Notes: generated by a model not told the origin, from the sequence alone. 35,804 nucleotides of DNA from Thermotogota bacterium (GCA_003538775.1 DPRG01000006.1:1-35804); one strand, 5' to 3'; shown: positions 9,149-18,868, counted from the first letter of the stretch. Numbers and translations are program-made.

Positions 9149-10509
9149 TATTCCCCACCTTCATCTGTTGAATCGAGATCTTTTCTTATCATTTCTGAGA
9201 TGTTCATCAACCTTCTTATGGTCTCTTCAAAACTGCTTTTTTCGTATATATCCTGGCGCAAAAATGACATGATCTCTTCCCTGTATTTTATAGCAACATC
9301 CACACGTTTGTTGGTTCCTCTCCTGTAAGCCCCCACCTCAATGAGGTCTCTGGCTTCATTGTACGCGGCAAGGATACTTCTAACCGTACTGGCAGCTCTG
9401 AAATGTTCTTGGGTTACAACTTCCGGCATCAAACGGCTTACACTCATCAGTACGTCCACAGCGGGATAGTGATTCGCTTCCGCTAAATTCCTTGAAAGAA
9501 TAATGTGACCGTCCAGAACACCACGTGCCGTATCGCTTATGGGTTCGTTGAAATCGTCGGCTTCTACCAGCACCGTGTATATACCTGTTATACTTCCGTT
9601 GCTTGAAGTTCCCGCGCGTTCGAGGATCTTTGGAATGGAGGCAAACACGCTCGGGGTATAACCTCTGGATGCTGGTGGTTCGCCTATCGAAAGTCCGACT
9701 TCTCTTTGAGCCATTGCCCAGCGTGTCAACGAATCCACCATCAGCATCACATCATAGCCTGATTCGCGAAACGCTTCAGCGATGGTGGTAGCGACGTAAA
9801 GTGCCTTAACTCTCACAAGCGCGGGACGGTCACTGGTGGCTACAACCACCACGGATCTCTTCAACCCTTCTTCACCCAGGTCTCTTTCCAGAAACTCTCT
9901 AACCTCTCTGCCTCTTTCCCCTACAAGGGCTATGACGTTGACATCGGCTTTGGTGTTACGGGCGATCATTCCCAGGAGAGTACTCTTTCCGACACCGCTA
10001 CCTGAGAATATACCTATTCTCTGCCCTTTTCCCAGGGTAAGAAAGGCGTCTATCGATCTTACGCCTACCTCAAGAGAATCGGTTATTCTTTTACGTAAGA
10101 GAGGATTTGGAGGATCTGACCAGACGGGGACTTCCACAGAGTCATAGAAACGATCTCCATCCATTGAATTTCCGAGACCATCCAGAATTTTGCCTAGCAG
10201 TGACAGGATGTTCTTTGGGATCTTCACACTGAACGTTTTGAAGGTTCGCACTACCTCACATCCCTGGGAAAGACCGGTAGTATCCTGAAGCGGCATCAAT
10301 ACTACATTGTTCTCATGAAATCCCGTCACTTCAGCAAACACAGTTTCCCCAGAAGGTAAGATCAAACGGCAGAGTTCTCCAAGAAAGGCGTCTGGACCTC
10401 TCGATTCCACAGTCAAACCGACTATTTTCGTAACACGCCCATTTACCCTTACTGGTTCAATCCTGTGGACTTTCTCTCGGAACTGTTCGAGCTTCTGAAG
10501 ATACTTCAT
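9148..10509 (-). CDS. fliI: Flagellar export ATPase FliI
   Basis: Walker A GSGVGKS, GERGRE, DSLTR, GEPP..RGY, LDGHIILSR, HYPAVD. Confidence 0.95.
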   Translation of the reverse strand: MKYLQKLEQFREKVHRIEPVRVNGRVTKIVGLTVESRGPDAFLGELCRLILPSGETVFAEVTGFHENNVVLMPLQDTTGLSQGCEVVRTFKTFSVKIPKNILSLLGKILDGLGNSMDGDRFYDSVEVPVWSDPPNPLLRKRITDSLEVGVRSIDAFLTLGKGQRIGIFSGSGVGKSTLLGMIARNTKADVNVIALVGERGREVREFLERDLGEEGLKRSVVVVATSDRPALVRVKALYVATTIAEAFRESGYDVMLMVDSLTRWAMAQREVGLSIGEPPASRGYTPSVFASIPKILERAGTSSNGSITGIYTVLVEADDFNEPISDTARGVLDGHIILSRNLAEANHYPAVDVLMSVSRLMPEVVTQEHFRAASTVRSILAAYNEARDLIEVGAYRRGTNKRVDVAIKYREEIMSFLRQDIYEKSSFEETIRRLMNISEMIRKDLDSTDEGGE

Positions 10510-11200
10510 TTTTCAACTCCTCAACATGCTCGAGAAATTCTTCGAGAATTCTGTAAGGAGAGACTTCAATGATCCCGTACTCGGTTTCCACGAGAATTTC
10601 TGAGCGTTTGAGGCCGGGATCTGGTCTCAGGTGTATTTTTTTATCTGAAAGGAAAAACTTTTTCAGCTCTTCTCCAAACTCTTCATAGTCACGTTCATTG
10701 AGACGCATGACCACTTCTGTAGCTGTTTTCAGTTTATCAAAAACCCTCTCAAGGTTGATCTTTAAAACCCTGCCGTGGTCTTCAAGTCTTTCTTCGAAGA
10801 GTTTTAAAGACGTCATTTCAAACACTTCAAGAAGCAGTGGCAGAGCCTCCTTTTCAAGTGTATGAAGATACTCCTCATAATGTTCAAGTGCTTTCTCTAC
10901 TATGTTCACGAGATCTTCCGCTTTTTTCAACCCTTCCTGATAAGCCTGTTCAAACGATTTTCTCTTTAACTCTTCCGCCTCTTCCAGAGCTTTTCGGCGG
11001 ATTTCTTCGGATTCTTCCAGTGCTTTATTAAGAAGCTCTTCCGCCTGTTGCTTTGCATTTTCGACTATTTCAGTGGATTTTATTTTGGCTTCGTCGAGGA
11101 GCTGACGGGCTCTGTATTCCGAAGCGTCCGTGTCATCTTTATCGTTCGTTTCTTCAACAGGCAGATCGATCAGTATGAGATGTTTTTTTATAAGACTCAC
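10457..11200 (-). CDS. fliH: Flagellar assembly protein FliH
   Basis: Coiled-coil N-half with A-x3-G (AYQEG), C-terminal ETEYG; sits between fliG and fliI; GTGA overlap. Confidence 0.8.
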   Translation of the reverse strand: MSLIKKHLILIDLPVEETNDKDDTDASEYRARQLLDEAKIKSTEIVENAKQQAEELLNKALEESEEIRRKALEEAEELKRKSFEQAYQEGLKKAEDLVNIVEKALEHYEEYLHTLEKEALPLLLEVFEMTSLKLFEERLEDHGRVLKINLERVFDKLKTATEVVMRLNERDYEEFGEELKKFFLSDKKIHLRPDPGLKRSEILVETEYGIIEVSPYRILEEFLEHVEELKNEVSSEARTVPRESPQD

Positions 11201-12189
11201 ATTATCAGCTCCTCGCCCCCGCCTCTTGCAATAACAATTTCACCCGCTTCTTCCAGTCTTCTGATTACGTTTATAATCCTCTGCTGTGCTTCCTCAACGT
11301 CCCGGAGTCTTACAGGTCCCATGAACTGTATCTCTTCTTCCAGCAGAGAACGGGCCCTTTTGGACATGTTGTTGAAGATCTTTTCCTTTACTTCATCGTT
11401 CGCACCTTTGAGCGCGAGGGCCAGGTCATGTTTATCCACCTGCTGCAGGACAACCTGGACACTCCTGTCATCGAGTTTCACTATATCTTCGAAGACGAAC
11501 ATCTTCTTGCGGATCTCTTCAGCCAGCTCCGGATCGGTTTCAGAAAGCGCTTCCATAAGCGAGCGTTCTGTGCTTCTATCGAGGGTATTGATTATCTCAA
11601 CAGCGGTTTCTATTCCCCCAACCTGTGCGAAGCTCTGCGCGGTGAATGCCGAGAGGCGTTGCTCCATGAGGCGCTCAACTTCCTTTACGGTATCCGGCAT
11701 AGCCCTATCGAGCATTGCAATACGTCTTATCACATCTGGTCGAAGTTCTTCAGGAAGCGCTGAAAGTACCAGTGAAGCTTGCTGGGGAGGCATATAGGAG
11801 AGTACGAGTGCGATCGTTTGAGGGTGCTCGTTTTGAAGAAAGTTAACTAATTGAACAGGATCCACGCGTTTGAGAAATTCGAATGGCTTGACCTGAAGAT
11901 TCGATACCATCTTATCTATGATTTCCATCGCTTTTTCAGGCCCAAGGGCCTTTTCCAGTAGTTGTTTCGCATAGTCCACGCCACCCGCCATAAAGAACGA
12001 GCGCGCTCTTGAGAGATCCTGAAATTCCTGAGCAATCTGGCGCTTTTCCTCATCACTGATTTCTCCAAGATTGGCTATCTCAAGAGTAAGCTGTTCTATC
12101 TGATTCTCATCAAGCTGCCGCAAAACCCTGGCAGCATTATCAGGTCCCATAAGAACCAGCAGGATCGCCGCCTTCCTTAAACCGTTCAT
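11197..12189 (-). CDS. fliG: Flagellar motor switch protein FliG
   Basis: KAAILL, EHPQ, GG linker, MFVFED, MSKRA, VRLRDVEEAQ. Start ATG 12189 with GAGGGGG SD; the ORF track overextends it. Confidence 0.96.
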   Translation of the reverse strand: MNGLRKAAILLVLMGPDNAARVLRQLDENQIEQLTLEIANLGEISDEEKRQIAQEFQDLSRARSFFMAGGVDYAKQLLEKALGPEKAMEIIDKMVSNLQVKPFEFLKRVDPVQLVNFLQNEHPQTIALVLSYMPPQQASLVLSALPEELRPDVIRRIAMLDRAMPDTVKEVERLMEQRLSAFTAQSFAQVGGIETAVEIINTLDRSTERSLMEALSETDPELAEEIRKKMFVFEDIVKLDDRSVQVVLQQVDKHDLALALKGANDEVKEKIFNNMSKRARSLLEEEIQFMGPVRLRDVEEAQQRIINVIRRLEEAGEIVIARGGGEELIM

Positions 12190-12202
12190 CTGACATTCCC
12201 CC

Positions 12203-13771
12203 TCATTCCGATAACCACATGCGAATGACATCTGCTACCGATTCAGGATCTTTATTTGAAAGTTCGATCAGTTCCTTGATGAACTGAGCAAACTCCTCTT
12301 CTTCGGGAGCCAGTTCTTTCACCTCTTCTTCGAATTTTTCACGGAGTTCTTTTTCCAGCTGGCGCCTGCGTTCTTCCACAAGCTTCCTTGCACGTGCACG
12401 TCTGAGTTGATGACTGATCAGGAAAATCGCCAGCACAGCAACTACCACCAGCAGCGAATACCCCAGAATCAATCTCCTTCGAGCTTCCGCTTGCTGCGCT
12501 TTCTTCATCTCGGCTTCGATTTCGGCAGCAAGCTGTCTGTTGAATGGTATAAAAACGAGGGCTATGCTGGTAGGTGGAGAATTAGTCGCGAGGGCCAGGG
12601 CGTTTTTCAATTCTTCTTCCAAAGTGCTGCTGGTGCTTATTGGGCTGATCGCCGAAGCGTCCACCACCACTGTGAAGGATTTGGATGAAATTTCTCCATA
12701 CTTGTCCGAGACAATCTTTTCGTATATTTCGTTTACATTGTAATTAACAACACTCCTGGTGCGTTCGGAGCTCTCGCTTCCAGTTGTGATCGAAGGATAG
12801 GTAGTTGGAGGAATGTTACCTTCGGTACCCACATCTCCACCCGGGGATACGCCTTTAGCGGTCTCCTTTTCTTCTTCTTTACTGATTACTATTCCTTCGT
12901 TTTTGGTAACGGGTTCGTATTTTTTGCTTTCTCGCTCTATTTTTTGCCAGTCAAGTTCTATTTCAGACATTACAACAACGTTTCCAGGTCCAAATATCTG
13001 TTCCAGCTTCTGTGTTATGAGGTTTGTGTAATACTGCTGTACCTGTCTTTTTAATTCGAATTTCGTCGTTGCTTCCAGGTTTTGAAGGTCGAGGACCACG
13101 CTGTCGCTGAGTATCCTTGAACGATTGTCTATAACCCTGACATCTTTCACGTCAAGGCCTTCGACAGCGCCGGCCACAAGCTCCATTATACCCTTTACCT
13201 GTTTAGAATCAAGTTCTGCACCTGGCTCCAGATATACCAGCACCGAAGCTGAAGGCTTCGTTCCATCCCGAGTGTAGTATGTGAATTTGGGGAGTGTGAG
13301 AAACACTCTTGCGAATCTCACACCATCAATAGTAGCTATGCTTCTTTCGAGCTCTCCCTGCAGGGCACGCTGGAAGTTAACCTGTTTGTCAAAAGCCGTT
13401 GCACCGAAACTCTGCTGGTCAAGTATTTCGAACCCCCTCGTTGCTGTTCCCAGAACACCTTCGGCTGCGAGTTTCATCCTCACTTCGTAAACGTTGGCGG
13501 TGTCGGGTATGAGTATGGAGCCTCCAGGGCCTGCTTTATAGTTTATACCCATGTTTTCGAGGGCCTGCGCGATTCTCCCGGCTTCATCTTCGCTGAGGTT
13601 TTTCACAAGTACCACGTAATTTGTTCGCGCCACTTCCACTCCAAGAACTACCAGCAGGATTACCCCGGCCAGAGCGACCGCAATTACGGTTAACTTACCT
13701 GTAGTGGGGAGTCTTTTCCAGCCTTCGGTTAATCTTTTCAAAAAGGATCTTAAACCTTCTATAAAATTCAC
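12203..13771 (-). CDS. fliF: Flagellar MS-ring protein FliF
   Basis: Two TM segments; GFEILD, RALQGELERSI, ARVFL, PSASV, VA-x-VIRMWL; GTG start with GAGGTGA SD. Confidence 0.93.
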   Translation of the reverse strand: MNFIEGLRSFLKRLTEGWKRLPTTGKLTVIAVALAGVILLVVLGVEVARTNYVVLVKNLSEDEAGRIAQALENMGINYKAGPGGSILIPDTANVYEVRMKLAAEGVLGTATRGFEILDQQSFGATAFDKQVNFQRALQGELERSIATIDGVRFARVFLTLPKFTYYTRDGTKPSASVLVYLEPGAELDSKQVKGIMELVAGAVEGLDVKDVRVIDNRSRILSDSVVLDLQNLEATTKFELKRQVQQYYTNLITQKLEQIFGPGNVVVMSEIELDWQKIERESKKYEPVTKNEGIVISKEEEKETAKGVSPGGDVGTEGNIPPTTYPSITTGSESSERTRSVVNYNVNEIYEKIVSDKYGEISSKSFTVVVDASAISPISTSSTLEEELKNALALATNSPPTSIALVFIPFNRQLAAEIEAEMKKAQQAEARRRLILGYSLLVVVAVLAIFLISHQLRRARARKLVEERRRQLEKELREKFEEEVKELAPEEEEFAQFIKELIELSNKDPESVADVIRMWLSE

Positions 13772-13786
13772 GTGCTCACCTCTTTT

Positions 13787-14797
13787 TCAATACCCAACTT
13801 CGAGTCTCAGGTACAGTGTTTCATTCCATCCAGCATATACGTTTATGTCCCTATAACTACTTCCCAGTTCGAAAACGGGTACCCCTCCGTAAAAACCGCC
13901 AGAAATGGTAAACCCGTTGATCTTGTATCTGGTTGTCAACACCGCGCCGTTATCCCAGCCAATTTGAAACGGGAAATTCCAGAGCTCCGTCCACAGAATC
14001 ACTCCGGCATCTCTGGAGATCAGATCCATACAACCCAGAATGTTGTTTCTTTCGGATAGAGAAAGACCTACTCCAAGCGATAGAACACCCAGCTGTTCTT
14101 TCGATATATCTATCCCGGCGTTGATACCGAACATAAGAACACCGAAAGGCTGTGCCAGAAATGAGACGTTAAACACAGCCGCTTCTTCTTTGAAACCTCC
14201 GCGCAGACTCAGCCACGCGGTATCGTAAATCATGCTGGCTTTTATCTGCCCTTCCTTTATCTTTTCCTCCGTGTTGCGCACCTTATCGAGGTACGTTTTA
14301 CCTGCTCCCACAATGCCGTATCTGGACACATTGCCAGGCCCAAAGTGGTAAGCCGCGATCGCTTTGTCCTGGTTGTTGAATTGTTTTTCAAGATCTTTCA
14401 GATATTTATAGCCACCTTTGACGTTTTCAAATGGATTGAACCTGTTGGAGACGCCGAGTATTTCCGCAGTTTTAGGCATCAGCTGCATAAGCCCGGCAGC
14501 ACCCAGATATGAGTATGCATGGGCGTTCATGGAAGATTCCACGAAGATTATAGACTTCGTCAACGTTCGATCCTTCTTATCCACGCCTGAAATGGAAAGC
14601 AGGAAATCCGTCGGCATGAACGGGAACCGTAATGGTATATTGACAACAGCGTAACCGTAATTCTGTGAAACGTGTGCCGAAAAATTGGTTTTTCCATGGT
14701 AAAATACCGAAGGTTCAAAGAAAACAACTCCAGAGAAAAGCGTGCTCATAACTATTATCAGATACAGGAGACTGAATGCAAGGTGCAAACGTCTCAT
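13787..14797 (-). CDS. Lytic transglycosylase (GH23/SLT) with C-terminal beta-strand-rich, predicted beta-barrel domain
   Basis: Signal peptide or TM at aa 1-22; VES (catalytic E87), GLMQ, AYHFG; aa ~190-336 is Gly/aromatic-rich with alternating hydrophobicity and ends LYLRLEVGY. Confidence 0.8.
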   Translation of the reverse strand: MRRLHLAFSLLYLIIVMSTLFSGVVFFEPSVFYHGKTNFSAHVSQNYGYAVVNIPLRFPFMPTDFLLSISGVDKKDRTLTKSIIFVESSMNAHAYSYLGAAGLMQLMPKTAEILGVSNRFNPFENVKGGYKYLKDLEKQFNNQDKAIAAYHFGPGNVSRYGIVGAGKTYLDKVRNTEEKIKEGQIKASMIYDTAWLSLRGGFKEEAAVFNVSFLAQPFGVLMFGINAGIDISKEQLGVLSLGVGLSLSERNNILGCMDLISRDAGVILWTELWNFPFQIGWDNGAVLTTRYKINGFTISGGFYGGVPVFELGSSYRDINVYAGWNETLYLRLEVGY

Positions 14798-14826
14798 AGA
14801 TTCACCTCTCAGTTGTTATCGTTTGT

Positions 14827-14832
14827 ATTATA
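14827..14832 (-). promoter_or_regulatory. Consensus -10 (TATAAT) upstream of the SLT-fli operon, in a 60-bp divergent intergenic region
   Basis: Perfect TATAAT 30 nt upstream of the ATG; no recognisable -35. Confidence 0.35.
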
Positions 14833-14857
14833 ACCCTTAGAGAGAAGGAGAAGAGGA

Positions 14858-15409
14858 ATGATTTTGGAGGATCTGAAAATCAATATAGAATCGCTGGAAC
14901 AGAGATCGATATACAGGATAGAGGGAGATCTGGTAATCGACAGCATCGAGCTGGATATAGGCAACTGCCCTTTACTCAAACCCCTGAGCATAAATATCGA
15001 ATACGTTCTTCAGAAGCGGGAGCTTTTTGTAACGGGAAGGGTGCGAACCACTCTGGAGTGCCAGTGTTCCAGATGTCTTGAGCCTGCGGTGATTGAGATA
15101 AATGGGCAGATAGAGGCTGTCTATAGACCATCTGAGGAACTGAAATCTTTGAAGCGTGAAGAAGTGCTTGAAAAACTGGAAAATGTGGTGTATTATTTTG
15201 ATCCGGTGATAGACCTTTTTGAAAGGGTTCACGAGGCAGTGGTAGTCGAAGTGCCTCAAAAGCCTTTGTGTAAACCCGATTGCAAGGGATTATGTCCCTA
15301 TTGTGGCGAGAATCTGAATGAACATCCAGAACACAGGTGCAACCAGCTTGAAGATTTCCTTTTAGAAGCGAGGATGAGTTTGTTTAAAGAACTGCGAAGA
15401 GGAGGTTGA
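14858..15409 (+). CDS. yceD: YceD/DUF177 family protein
   Basis: CSRCL and P-x3-LC-x3-CKGLCPYCG; directly upstream of rpmF. Confidence 0.88.
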   Translation: MILEDLKINIESLEQRSIYRIEGDLVIDSIELDIGNCPLLKPLSINIEYVLQKRELFVTGRVRTTLECQCSRCLEPAVIEINGQIEAVYRPSEELKSLKREEVLEKLENVVYYFDPVIDLFERVHEAVVVEVPQKPLCKPDCKGLCPYCGENLNEHPEHRCNQLEDFLLEARMSLFKELRRGG

Positions 15410-15416
15410 TTGAAGA

Positions 15417-15602
15417 ATGGCCGTTCCTAAGAAGAAGAGCAGCAGATCGCAGACGCGCCACAGAAGACAGAAAATCTATCGTCCAATAAAGGTGGCGCTT
15501 ACAACCTGTCCCAACTGTGGGGCGCCGAAGGAACCACATAGAGTTTGCCTTTCATGTGGGTATTACAAGGGCAGGCAGGTGCTCGTGATAGGAGAAGAAT
15601 GA
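15417..15602 (+). CDS. rpmF: 50S ribosomal protein L32 (Zn-ribbon form)
   Basis: MAVPKKKSSRS, CPNCG, PHRVCLSCGYY. Confidence 0.96.
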   Translation: MAVPKKKSSRSQTRHRRQKIYRPIKVALTTCPNCGAPKEPHRVCLSCGYYKGRQVLVIGEE

Positions 15603-16591
15603 AAAGGCCGACGATAGCGGTAGACGCAATGGGCGGTGATCACGCGCCTGAAGAAATACTGAAAGGGGTCTTCGAAGCGGCAGAAGAAGTGAACGCCGAT
15701 TTTCTGCTTGTTGGACAGAGAGAAACCCTTGAAAATTTGTTTGTTCGAGTTTTTTCGAGAATTCCCGAGAACGTCAAGATACACGAAGCCCCCGATGTCT
15801 TTCGGACAGAGGAAAAACCATCTGAGGTCCTCAAAAGAAGGACCTCATCACTTTTTGTTGGCGCCGATCTTGTCAGGCGTGAAGAAGCCGATGGGTTTGT
15901 CAGTGCTGGCAACACCGGTGCCTTACTTGCGGTTGCGACTTTTGTCATCGGACGCATTCCAGGTGTGGAAAGACCTGCGCTTGCCACCCCGATACCCTCA
16001 AAAACCGGCGTCACAATCCTGATCGATGCGGGAGCTAATGCGGAGGTCAAACCGAAACACCTTCTCGATTTCGCGAGGATGGGTAGTGTTTATGCGGAGC
16101 TTCTGGGTATCTCTCGCCCGAAGGTCGCTCTTCTCAACATAGGTGAAGAGCCTGAAAAGGGTAATACAGTGGTCAAGGATGCTTATCAACTCCTCAAGGA
16201 TACTCTCGGTGATAGATTCTATGGAAACGTTGAAAGTAGAGATGTTCTGGAAGGTAAGGTTGATGTGGTTGTGGCAGATGGCTTTGCTGGAAACATCGCC
16301 CTGAAGGCCTACGAAGGCGCGATGAAATTCATGTTTGATCTGATAAAAGAAGGTGTGAAGAAAAGCGGATTCTTTGCCAAACTGGGCGCTCTGATGATGA
16401 AAGATGTTTTTGGTCACGTAAAATCCCGTCTGGATTATCGAACTTATGGTGGAGCTTTCTTTCTTGGCGTTAACGGTGTAGTGGTTAAGGCCCATGGAAG
16501 TTCCGATGCGCTGGCTATAAAGAACGCCCTTAAACTCGCGGAAAAAGGTGTTCGAACCGGGATGCTGGAAAAGATACGGGAGCTGGTTTGA
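15599..16591 (+). CDS. plsX: Phosphate acyltransferase PlsX
   Basis: IAVDAMGGDHAP, SAGNTGA, RPA, DAGAN, LLNIGEE, DGFAGN, KAHGSS; start ATG 15599 (ATGA overlap with rpmF). Confidence 0.95.
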   Translation: MKRPTIAVDAMGGDHAPEEILKGVFEAAEEVNADFLLVGQRETLENLFVRVFSRIPENVKIHEAPDVFRTEEKPSEVLKRRTSSLFVGADLVRREEADGFVSAGNTGALLAVATFVIGRIPGVERPALATPIPSKTGVTILIDAGANAEVKPKHLLDFARMGSVYAELLGISRPKVALLNIGEEPEKGNTVVKDAYQLLKDTLGDRFYGNVESRDVLEGKVDVVVADGFAGNIALKAYEGAMKFMFDLIKEGVKKSGFFAKLGALMMKDVFGHVKSRLDYRTYGGAFFLGVNGVVVKAHGSSDALAIKNALKLAEKGVRTGMLEKIRELV

Positions 16592-16592
16592 G

Positions 16593-18419
16593 ATGTGTGG
16601 AATCGTGGGCATGGTTGGTAGAGAGTACAGTCTTAAAGCGCTTCTGGAAGGCCTGAAAAAGCTTGAATACAGGGGTTATGATTCTGCAGGCGTTGCCTTT
16701 GTTGAAAACGGAGTTCTGGCTCTCAGGAAGGTTCGTGGAAGGATCGACCAGTTGATTGAAAAGATGGGTTCGGAGCTCAACAAAAAGGTCCGTGCTGGCA
16801 TAGCTCACACAAGGTGGGCAACTCATGGAGAGCCCAATGAGATAAACGCACATCCTCAGACCGATTGTACCGGTAAATTGGCGGTTGTTCACAACGGAAT
16901 CATAGAAAACTATCGAGAGCTTAGAGAGGAGCTCATTGCCAGGGGACACGTGTTCATATCCGAGACCGATACCGAGGTTATCTCGCATCTTATAGAGGAA
17001 AACTTTGATGGTGATCTTATGGAGGCTGTGAGAAAGACCGTTCGTCGTCTTGACGGAGCTTATGCGATAGCCGTGACTCATGCCGATAAAACCGAGGAGC
17101 TTGTTGTTGCACGGAAAGGAAGCCCACTTGTTCTTGGAAAAGGTGATGGATTGGCGCTTCTGGCATCTGACGTGACTCCCATGCTAAGCTACACGAGAGA
17201 TGTTGTCTTTCTGTCCGATGGTGATGTTGCGAAGATAACGGGTGAGTCACTGGAGATTTGCGATTTGGATGGCAACACGGTGGAGAGGGAGCTTATACAT
17301 GTGGACTGGGATGAATCGGATGCGGAAAAATCGGGTTACAAACACTTCATGTTGAAGGAGATTATGGAGGAACCCGAAGCCCTGCGTCGCGCCATTACCA
17401 ACAGGATAACTCCTGATGGACGGATAATGTTCGAAGAACTTGAAATGCTGGAGAAGTTACTTCCTTCAATCAGAAAGGTTATGGTGGTTGCCTGTGGGAC
17501 GAGTTATCATGCGGGCCTGGTTTTCAAGTATTTTCTTGAGAGAATTTCCGAGCTTGATGTTGAGGTTGATGTAGCCTCGGAGTTCCGATATAGAAACCTG
17601 CACGTGGATGAAAACACACTGGTTATAGCGATATCACAGAGTGGAGAGACGGCTGACACTCTTCAGGGTGTGAGACTCGTCAAGAGAAAGGGAGGAATCG
17701 TTGTATCGGTCTGTAACGTGGTTGGATCGACTCTTACAAGGGAAAGCGATGCCACCATTTTGATGATGGCCGGCCCGGAAATAGGTGTTGCGGCAACGAA
17801 GACTTATGTTTCACAGCTGGTCGTCTTATACCTCCTCGCGATGTTCATAGCTTCGAAAAGACAGGATTGGAAGCGTGAATTTGACGAGATCCTCTATCAG
17901 CTTGCTCACACCCCTGAGGTGTTCGAAGGTCTTCTTTCGAAATCGGAGGAGATTCGTAATCTCGCTGATAAGTATCGCAATTTCGATCACTTTATGTATA
18001 TAGGAAGAGGTTTTGGTGTTCCCACAGCCATGGAAGGAGCTTTGAAGCTTAAAGAGATCAGCTACATCAACGCCACAGCCTATCAGGCTGGAGAGCTAAA
18101 GCACGGGCCCATAGCTCTTCTTGACAGCAAATTTCCTGTGTTTGCCATAGCACCACGTGACAGACTGTTCCAGAAGATGAAAAGCAATATCATGGAGTCG
18201 CTCGCAAGGGGTGCGCCCATAATCTCCCTTGGAACCGAAGGCGATGAAGAGCTTCGGGAGATTTCCAGCGATGTTTTATGGGTTCCAAAGGTGGATGAGA
18301 ACCTCTATCCACTTGTTATGGCGCCTGTTATCCAGCTCTTTGCGTACCACGTATCAGATCTGAAAGGTCTTGATCCCGATAAACCGAGGAATCTTGCCAA
18401 GAGCGTCACGGTAGAATGA
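16593..18419 (+). CDS. glmS: Glutamine--fructose-6-phosphate transaminase
   Basis: MCGIVG N-terminal nucleophile, EYRGYDSAG, HTRWATHG, HNGIIEN, SQSGETAD, PRNLAKSVTVE; start ATG 16593. Confidence 0.97.
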   Translation: MCGIVGMVGREYSLKALLEGLKKLEYRGYDSAGVAFVENGVLALRKVRGRIDQLIEKMGSELNKKVRAGIAHTRWATHGEPNEINAHPQTDCTGKLAVVHNGIIENYRELREELIARGHVFISETDTEVISHLIEENFDGDLMEAVRKTVRRLDGAYAIAVTHADKTEELVVARKGSPLVLGKGDGLALLASDVTPMLSYTRDVVFLSDGDVAKITGESLEICDLDGNTVERELIHVDWDESDAEKSGYKHFMLKEIMEEPEALRRAITNRITPDGRIMFEELEMLEKLLPSIRKVMVVACGTSYHAGLVFKYFLERISELDVEVDVASEFRYRNLHVDENTLVIAISQSGETADTLQGVRLVKRKGGIVVSVCNVVGSTLTRESDATILMMAGPEIGVAATKTYVSQLVVLYLLAMFIASKRQDWKREFDEILYQLAHTPEVFEGLLSKSEEIRNLADKYRNFDHFMYIGRGFGVPTAMEGALKLKEISYINATAYQAGELKHGPIALLDSKFPVFAIAPRDRLFQKMKSNIMESLARGAPIISLGTEGDEELREISSDVLWVPKVDENLYPLVMAPVIQLFAYHVSDLKGLDPDKPRNLAKSVTVE

Positions 18420-18420
18420 A

Positions 18421-18783
18421 ATGAAGGGAGGCGAGCGCAAGCTGGTTGAAAGATTAAAGCGTATCGTGGAAGTGCTGGTGAGACACGAAGGAGAAAATCC
18501 TGTGGTTCTCGACATGAGTTCTACTCCGATTCCTACCGATTATTTCGTCATAGTCACAGCCAATTCGAGCCCTCATATGAAGGCACTGAGGGAAGCGGTC
18601 CTTGAAGAGCTGGATAGGCTCAATCAGCCGGTGATTTTCTACGATAAAGACCTTGAACACGATTGGTTGCTCATCGATGCTGGAGATATAGTCATCCACA
18701 TATTCAGCGAGTACGGGCGGGAGTTTTACGATCTGGAGTCGCTATGGCTTATGGCTGAGAGGTTGAATCTGATAGAAGTTTAA
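18421..18783 (+). CDS. rsfS: Ribosome silencing factor RsfS (Iojap)
   Basis: DYFVIVTA, W-x-LIDAGDIVIHIF, REFYDLESLW; exact start uncertain. Confidence 0.9.
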   Translation: MKGGERKLVERLKRIVEVLVRHEGENPVVLDMSSTPIPTDYFVIVTANSSPHMKALREAVLEELDRLNQPVIFYDKDLEHDWLLIDAGDIVIHIFSEYGREFYDLESLWLMAERLNLIEV

Positions 18784-18787
18784 TTCC

Positions 18788-18868
18788 GCACACCTCCGAT
18801 GAGCGTGGGTGCCTGTTAAAAGGTTCACGCCGCACATGTCGGAGGTGGAGGAGTAAAACCGTTAACGG
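18788..18868 (+). ncRNA. rpsB leader (t44/S2-leader-like cis-regulatory RNA)
   Basis: Outer stem CACCTCCGA (18791-99)/TCGGAGGTG (18839-47); inner GCGTG/CACGC stem containing GGGTG; 3' GTGGAGG...TAAAACC, matching features recalled for rpsB leaders. Confidence 0.75.

Noticed and set aside
11048-11797. 249-aa plus-strand ORF
   Set aside because: Antisense shadow of fliG/fliH; Ser-rich, no motifs, no SD.
14339-14353. AYH instead of AYN in SLT motif III as a sign of inactivity
   Set aside because: The catalytic Glu (VES) and GLMQ are intact; one substitution does not justify calling it dead.
14798-14857. Possible sigma28 promoter (TAAG...AACGATAA on the minus strand) for the flagellar operon
   Set aside because: Spacing is about 3 nt short of TAAA-N15-GCCGATAA; a TATAAT box is the simpler explanation.
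16560-16595. Possible glmS ribozyme
   Set aside because: glmS starts 1 nt after the plsX stop, leaving no leader to hold one.
15998-17081. 204-aa and 183-aa minus-strand ORFs
   Set aside because: Antisense to the well-supported plsX and glmS; no recognisable domains.
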